The position numbers were made by a program, and so were the translations under genes. The notes under the pieces were generated by a model. The model was not told the DNA's origin. It ran no database searches and saw only the letters and a list, made by a program, of their open reading frames with translations. A stretch of 61,580 bases of DNA, counting the filler, from Stramenopiles sp. TOSAG23-3 (Eukaryota), in the NCBI GenBank assembly GCA_900128585.1. It is 19 parts of 19 records of this genome, joined end to end, with 100 filler letters (N's around TTAATTAATTAA, not from the genome) between each part and the next. Parts side by side here need not be neighbours in the genome. Positions count along the whole stretch, not along the records: positions 55,221 to 58,350 come from LT644399.1; positions 58,451 to 61,580 come from LT644400.1; 17 more parts are not named here. One strand, given 5' to 3'. This document shows positions 56,021-61,580 of the stretch, piece by piece. Within the stretch, counting starts at the first letter, position 1. Every line of letters starts with the position of its first letter.

Positions 56021-57028
56021 TTATACGGTCGGGGCGAACGGGTGTGTATTGATTTATAAACACTATGCGTATATTGTATATAAATGATCTATCTATTGAC
56101 GAATGGTGCCTTGTCAAATCGACGACAAATCAAGACATAAAATATCAAACCAATATGCAATGAATCCAAGTACATTCATTCATTCAATGAAAATGCATTG
56201 GCACACATACAATATTAGGATTAACTTACTTTCTATTGTGATTGATCATTATTGATGATCTAAGAAAGATATACTTGGTATATGAGGAGATTTAACGATC
56301 GAATATATAGGGGAGCTCCTTCTTTCGCTATTTTAAAAAATAAAATGAAAAGCAACAATGCTATTTAATGTTTTTATGTATTATTTTCAATTGTATTATA
56401 GGATCAATACAACTTAAAATACAACGGATTCCAACTAAATAAATTATAATATAATTATAATAATAAAAAGTATACTAATTAGTATCTTCTATATAATAAT
56501 AAGTATACATTCATCAGTATAGAATAAAATATATTTTATTTACCTATTCATATATTTTATAACTACATCTTTCTATATTTTTTATTCGTTTTTTTTTTTA
56601 ACTTATACTTTTAAATTTCCTCATGCTATTCCATGTTCTTATGTAGAATTAATTAAATTCTCATTCTCTCTTCCATATTATTCTCTTGTTATTTATATAA
56701 TTAATTATAATAATAATTATTTTATACTTTTTCATTTTGGACTAACCTCACTTCACTTGGTCACATACGTTTATGTATGGAAGAAAAGGGATGTACTTAA
56801 AAAAAAGAATGTAAGGGAGGGAAAGACGAAGCGATTGCATGAGGATAATCACTCAATTACAGGCAATTGTTTACCGCGCTGTTCCGTTCAACGCTTTCTT
56901 GTTTAAAGAAAAAACTGACAAAGATATAAATAGTATTGCAACAGTTGTTGTCGTTGGCACGCACGCATACCGTCTTCTGGAGAGCGCACCATTTTCTTTT
57001 CAAGGCAGCACGCAGCAACGAGAGCAAG

Positions 57029-58222
57029 ATGTCTACCGTCGAACAAGAGCTATGGAACATCTTCACGTTCTACACGCTGCACGGAAACCCCATGTACCCT
57101 GACTTGTTGAAGGCTTCCCAATTCGTCAAGCTAGCCCGGGAATGCAATATCATTCGACCGAACGTAAACGCTTCGTCCCGCCACGTTACGCAAGCGGACG
57201 TCAACGTCGTGTACATTATGGAGGTCAAGCGCCGCGACCGGGGCTTCGGAAGGAACCAGGCACAGATGACGTACAACGACTTCCTGAATGCCCTCATGCG
57301 ACTGTCCACTCGGCTGTACAGCGAGGCCGACACCGTCGACGACGCCTTTCAGCAATTGCTGATGGAAAACGTCCTGCCGCTGGCGTCTCGGCGGTCCCCG
57401 GACCCCGTCGCCATGCACATGGAGAACGAGGAGGTCCAACACTTGTTTTCGTACTTTGGCGACGCCTTGTTCTTGCTGTACCAGTTTTACGCCACTGCGG
57501 CGGACGCGAAGCGCCGAAAGAATACGATGAAGCGCTCGGATAGAAGGCGTGTCAACTCCATGAAGGAGTGCCTGGGTTACAACGAGTTCCTGAGGTTTGC
57601 GATGGACTTTCACTTGAGCTCCAACGTGATCTTGTCGACGTTGGAGATTGGCGACATATATTTGAGCAGTATCAAGGTCTCGGATGGGCAGGAGAACATT
57701 CGAAAGCTCACGTTTTCGGAGTTCTGGGAAGCGGTAGTGCGGTGCGCGCTCGTTGCTTACTCAAAAATAAGCATCTCCTCCCCCGGGGACAAGATTCGTG
57801 GCCTGTTTTTGTACATGTGGAGGTCCATAAACGAAACCGTCCCGCGCGCGATCGAGGAGCGCCGGAACATAACTACGTACATGGGGGATTTGATAAACGG
57901 TAGCATGGCATTTAACGTCAAGTTCACCGCGATGTGGGCGAAGGATGGGTACCGTGATTATTTGTCGCCAAAGCCGATCGCACGAGAAGAAGCGCGCGAC
58001 GTGCTTAGCCGATTGCTGACGAGGCCGACCGCGAACCGACTGACGGACGAAGTCAACACCTTGCAAGAAGAAAGCAGCTTGGCGGCCGTAGACGAGAGTG
58101 GCGGTGGCGATGGGTTGAACATGGCAGGGCAAGAATTTTCCGAGTCTCAACTTAGCGAACTTTTGTCCCGCAGGCCTTCGATAGCAGAAATGTTGCATAG
58201 AAACGTGTCCCAAACCGATTGA
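57029..58222 (+). CDS. p25-alpha/TPPP-like (EF-hand-like) domain protein
   Basis: LWNIFTFY, SQFVKLAREC and MTYNDFLNAL, with a second repeat EFLRFAMDF..LTFSEFWEAV. ATG at 57029. Confidence 0.7.
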   Translation: MSTVEQELWNIFTFYTLHGNPMYPDLLKASQFVKLARECNIIRPNVNASSRHVTQADVNVVYIMEVKRRDRGFGRNQAQMTYNDFLNALMRLSTRLYSEADTVDDAFQQLLMENVLPLASRRSPDPVAMHMENEEVQHLFSYFGDALFLLYQFYATAADAKRRKNTMKRSDRRRVNSMKECLGYNEFLRFAMDFHLSSNVILSTLEIGDIYLSSIKVSDGQENIRKLTFSEFWEAVVRCALVAYSKISISSPGDKIRGLFLYMWRSINETVPRAIEERRNITTYMGDLINGSMAFNVKFTAMWAKDGYRDYLSPKPIAREEARDVLSRLLTRPTANRLTDEVNTLQEESSLAAVDESGGGDGLNMAGQEFSESQLSELLSRRPSIAEMLHRNVSQTD

Positions 58223-58450
58223 TGGCGTCAGTTGTGGTCTGGTCGTAGTCATCTTCTTTAAATATACAACACTTATAATATTTATTGTTTCGTATCGTAT
58301 CGTATCGTTCACTCTCTCTCTCTTCATACGAATTATGACGTTTTGCTTTTNNNNNNNNNNNNNNNNNNNNNNNNNNNNNNNNNNNNNNNNNNNNTTAATT
58401 AATTAANNNNNNNNNNNNNNNNNNNNNNNNNNNNNNNNNNNNNNNNNNNN

Positions 58451-58545
58451 GAAAGAAGAAAGAAGAAAGAAGAAAGAAGAAGAAGAAAGAAGAAAGAAGA
58501 AAGAAGAAAGAAGAAAGAAGAAAGAAGAAGAAGACAAGAAGAAGA
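58451..58545. repeat. (GAAAGAA)n tract
   Basis: Seen directly, at contig start. Confidence 0.9.
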
Positions 58546-58750
58546 CATGAACGACCGGACCCGCTGCTGCCAACCATGAATAATTATAATATATAATCAC
58601 TTGAATGTGGGCGGATCGTGTGTACAAATGTCAATAAGAACAAACGAAAGAAATTAAACAGTAAGAAGACCATCAATTGAAAATATTGCTTCAAAATAAG
58701 TAGCAATTTGTAACGTGAAATACACACCAACAGTTACGTATAACACAACC

Positions 58751-59863
58751 ATGAAATACAGCGTGCGCCTTCTCGTCGTTTCGGTGCCTGCCCTGTTGCT
58801 GCTTTTTGCGCAGAAGACAACGGCGCAACCCAACGCGGGCGGGACAACGTGTACTAACAAAGCTGCCAGATGGGGCAACCCTTCCGGTGGGACGTGCATT
58901 CGAGATATGAGATCGGGCAACGATTACGCTTACCCGGGTGACTTTTGTGGGCTTACCTCCTATTATGAAGAGCACGAGTGCCCTAGCTCGGGAGTAAGAG
59001 TGATTTTTTCCAACAACATTCCAGACCACAACGTTCGTGTTGGTAATCCCAACCCGCCGTGCTCCATACCATTCAAGATAACCCTCCCCTTGAACGGTGA
59101 ATACAAAAGTACGATGACAGAACCTCCCGCGCTGGGAATATTGGGCATAGCGTCGAACGGCGTGGCGCTCTATGGCGCGCAAGAGGGCGGTGGCACGAAC
59201 GCAGCGGAGCCGGAAGCCGGCGCACAAATCACGGACGCGCAGTATTGGTACGGCCACGCCGCCATGCAAGGGGATTGGCACTATCACAGTCCGAACGCGG
59301 GAAACAAGGAAATGCCATCGCACCTCACAAAGGTCGGCTACGCTTTTGATGGGTTTCCCATTTACGGTGCGCTGCCCGATAGCAATTTAACTAGCCTCGA
59401 CGCATGCAACGGAAGGATCGATCCTGTGACCAACAAGTACCAGTACCATGTTCGGACGAAAGAGCAAGTCAACGCGAAGGGGAAAGAATACTGTTCAGGG
59501 CAAAATCCTGCCATTCAATGGAACTATATGGTCGGGTGCTTCCATGGTGACCCGGGAAAGACAAAGGTGGAATCGTATTTAGATTCCCGCTCCCTACCCG
59601 ATGATGACTGCGTAGCAGTCAAGAAAGTAGGAAACCCAGACGCTGTTAGCTCGTGCCAATTGTCCACGCTGGCTATTGCCTTAATCATAGCAGGAGCGGT
59701 AGTGCTCGTTGTCTGCGTGGCGTTTGCAGTCAAAAGAATAGTGGCTAGAAGACAAGCAGCAAAACCTGACCCATCAAAACCTGCGATTGCCGGGCAAGAG
59801 AAGGAGGCGGAGATGCATTCGGTGTCGAATGAAGTGGAGTTGACGCAAATCGATGAAGTTTAA
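58751..59863 (+). CDS. YHYH-domain type I membrane protein
   Basis: Signal peptide; GIASNGV, WHYH, GYAFDGFPIYG, LDACNG and YQYH; C-terminal TM segment. Confidence 0.88.
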   Translation: MKYSVRLLVVSVPALLLLFAQKTTAQPNAGGTTCTNKAARWGNPSGGTCIRDMRSGNDYAYPGDFCGLTSYYEEHECPSSGVRVIFSNNIPDHNVRVGNPNPPCSIPFKITLPLNGEYKSTMTEPPALGILGIASNGVALYGAQEGGGTNAAEPEAGAQITDAQYWYGHAAMQGDWHYHSPNAGNKEMPSHLTKVGYAFDGFPIYGALPDSNLTSLDACNGRIDPVTNKYQYHVRTKEQVNAKGKEYCSGQNPAIQWNYMVGCFHGDPGKTKVESYLDSRSLPDDDCVAVKKVGNPDAVSSCQLSTLAIALIIAGAVVLVVCVAFAVKRIVARRQAAKPDPSKPAIAGQEKEAEMHSVSNEVELTQIDEV

Positions 59864-59948
59864 ACCTAATGATGCATAAGTAAAATCGTAAGTTCTTAAC
59901 ACGAAAATAAAAATAAAGCGCTGTCATATTGAACACTTTTTAAGAAAT

Positions 59949-59989
59949 CAAGAAAATTGGCTGTTATTTTTTTTAAGTTTAATTAAATT
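59949..59989 (-). repeat. Dispersed repeat core, reverse orientation
   Basis: CAAGAAAATTGGCTGTTATT. Confidence 0.8.
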
Positions 59990-60532
59990 GATTTTTATTA
60001 TATGATACTTTCAAAACAATATCACACAGATGATCACTGCTCCCACTTTCCGAAACAGTTTACTGGGTCTTTGCATTAACATCTCCATTCCTTCCATCGA
60101 TGTAAGTTTTGACCCCGTTTGATTTTCTTCTCCATCAAACCGAAAACTTCCATGCACTATCGCATCTTTCCCACTTCCCACCACTTCTAAAAATAGAAGA
60201 AGAAGAAGATTCGGTGCGATTCCTCTGTTCGTTCCGTACCGTAGTAATACCCCATCCGTAGTACCCTACCGTAGAGGAAAAGTGGTGAGAGTGAGGAGAG
60301 TGATTATTGAGTAGGACTGACAAAAAAAATATCGATTTGCTTTTTTTGCATCCAATTGTTGTGTATACATTGTTATACATTTCAAAAGATTAAAATTTTT
60401 AAACCTAACAATTATTGTTCTTCAGTAATATCTTCACTTGTTCTCTATTACAAAACATGTGGTTATAATTTCGTGATTCTATTTTTTCCCTTTTCCTATC
60501 CTCTTTCTTACTTGTTTTCCGGTTCACCAAAT

Positions 60533-61348
60533 ATGGAACAAAAGGGAACAAACGACGTCCCTGACACATTCTTGAAGATTGAGGAACGGCTCCTTCACTC
60601 TCCTTCGATTGTGTTGCAGAACGCCCCAAAATGTGTCATTGTGTTCCACATAAGGTTGGAGGGGAACAATATGGTGCTGGATATGAGAGAACCGCTCAGT
60701 CCGTGCGTCCACCACAATGCTGACGTTTTGGACTACCCACAACAAGTACGGCTAACTGTGAACTCGAGGGACGACTTGGAACTTTTACGAACTGGGCAAC
60801 TATCGATGAAAGACGCGTTCGACCTCAACAAAGTGGACATAGACGGGGAAGAGAAGATATTGCGTAGGCTTGGTGGTGAAATACAGCTCGCGTATGAAAT
60901 TTTGACGGACCCAGAGGCGAAGCGTCTGTTTGAAATGACTAGGAGCAGTGAAGGGGACGTGTACAGCAAGTCCAATTTTGGGAAATTCAGCGCGGCGTAC
61001 AGCGAGGCAGTTGCGGCCGCGGAGAGAGAGGCGGCAAAGGCACGGGACGAGGCGAAAGAGAGGAGGGAGGGGTGGGAGCGGGATCTGGCGAGGGATAAGA
61101 AACAGTTTATGATCCAAAAGAAAGAATTCGAAACGTGGAAACAGGGCGTGTTTGCATACTTAGAGCTGCTCGTAGAGAAACTGGACAAAATGGAGGACTG
61201 CCAGGCGAAGGCGGACATTCTGACCGGCTTGCAGCGGCGAATGGAAGGGCTGAAGAAAGAGGTCGACCTGGCATTGCAGAAATCTCGGGCTGCGGCGAAC
61301 GCGGCCATTGTCCCAAAACTGGCAGGAAACAAGTCGCACTACGAGTAA
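60533..61348 (+). CDS. SCP2 sterol-carrier-like domain plus coiled coil
   Basis: LTV...DLELLRTGQLS..DAF...KVDIDG resembles SCP2. ATG at 60533. Confidence 0.6.
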   Translation: MEQKGTNDVPDTFLKIEERLLHSPSIVLQNAPKCVIVFHIRLEGNNMVLDMREPLSPCVHHNADVLDYPQQVRLTVNSRDDLELLRTGQLSMKDAFDLNKVDIDGEEKILRRLGGEIQLAYEILTDPEAKRLFEMTRSSEGDVYSKSNFGKFSAAYSEAVAAAEREAAKARDEAKERREGWERDLARDKKQFMIQKKEFETWKQGVFAYLELLVEKLDKMEDCQAKADILTGLQRRMEGLKKEVDLALQKSRAAANAAIVPKLAGNKSHYE

Positions 61349-61580
61349 AATTAGAGGAGACGAATAACGTGCCGGAGCAGTGAGCAGTAAAGTAGGATAA
61401 ACTATGATGCACAGTAAATGGAACGAACAGACCAACAAGTAAAATAAATATCCTGAAGGACGCTTGTCGCACGCACCCTTTTGCACAAGTTTCTCCCTCC
61501 CTCTCGCTCGCTCGTCCTCCCTCCCTCCTTTTCTTTCGTTCACACGGCCTGGTCGTCCTCGTCGCCAATGCAGTCGCCCT

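Noticed and set aside
3166-58450. Regularly spaced N-flanked TTAATTAATTAA units resembling a repeat array
   Set aside because: Identical 100-nt synthetic spacers between length-sorted contigs. Gene neighbourhoods across them are meaningless, and ORF ends reading X...LIN are artefacts.
17449-59989. Repeat core as a CRISPR repeat
   Set aside because: Copies are dispersed across contigs, with no regular repeat-spacer period and no cas genes.
1-61580. tRNA, rRNA, transposase or reverse-transcriptase genes, and alternative genetic code
   Set aside because: None recognised by eye. Conserved genes translate fully with the standard code. Covariance-model searches were not possible.

Overview
This window is not contiguous DNA. 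It is 19 short contigs (about 3.13-3.17 kb, in descending length order) joined by 18 artificial 100-nt spacers (44 N + TTAATTAATTAA + 44 N, giving stops in all six frames), as in a concatenated metagenome-assembled or single-cell genome. Most contigs are eukaryotic: apparently intron-free genes of moderate GC separated by very AT-rich spacers rich in (GAA)n. Gene content (RPT4, SSU72, MLH3, QNG1, TRAPPC10-like, flagellar-type proteins, many EF-hand fusions) suggests a flagellated protist, possibly an uncultured heterotrophic stramenopile (inference). Highlights: (1) a gene-dense, giant-virus-like contig (29295-32441); (2) a frameshifted virus-like gene remnant on the same contig as host QNG1; (3) a tail-to-tail pair of paralogues resembling catalytically dead DEDDh exonucleases fused to EF-hands; (4) a modular non-coding repeat (core TAACAGCCAATTTTCTTG) found just 3' of genes on 6 contigs; (5) recurring candidate promoter motifs; (6) a compositionally foreign contig with an NRPS-type adenylation domain. 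All assignments come from motif recognition by eye; no searches were run.
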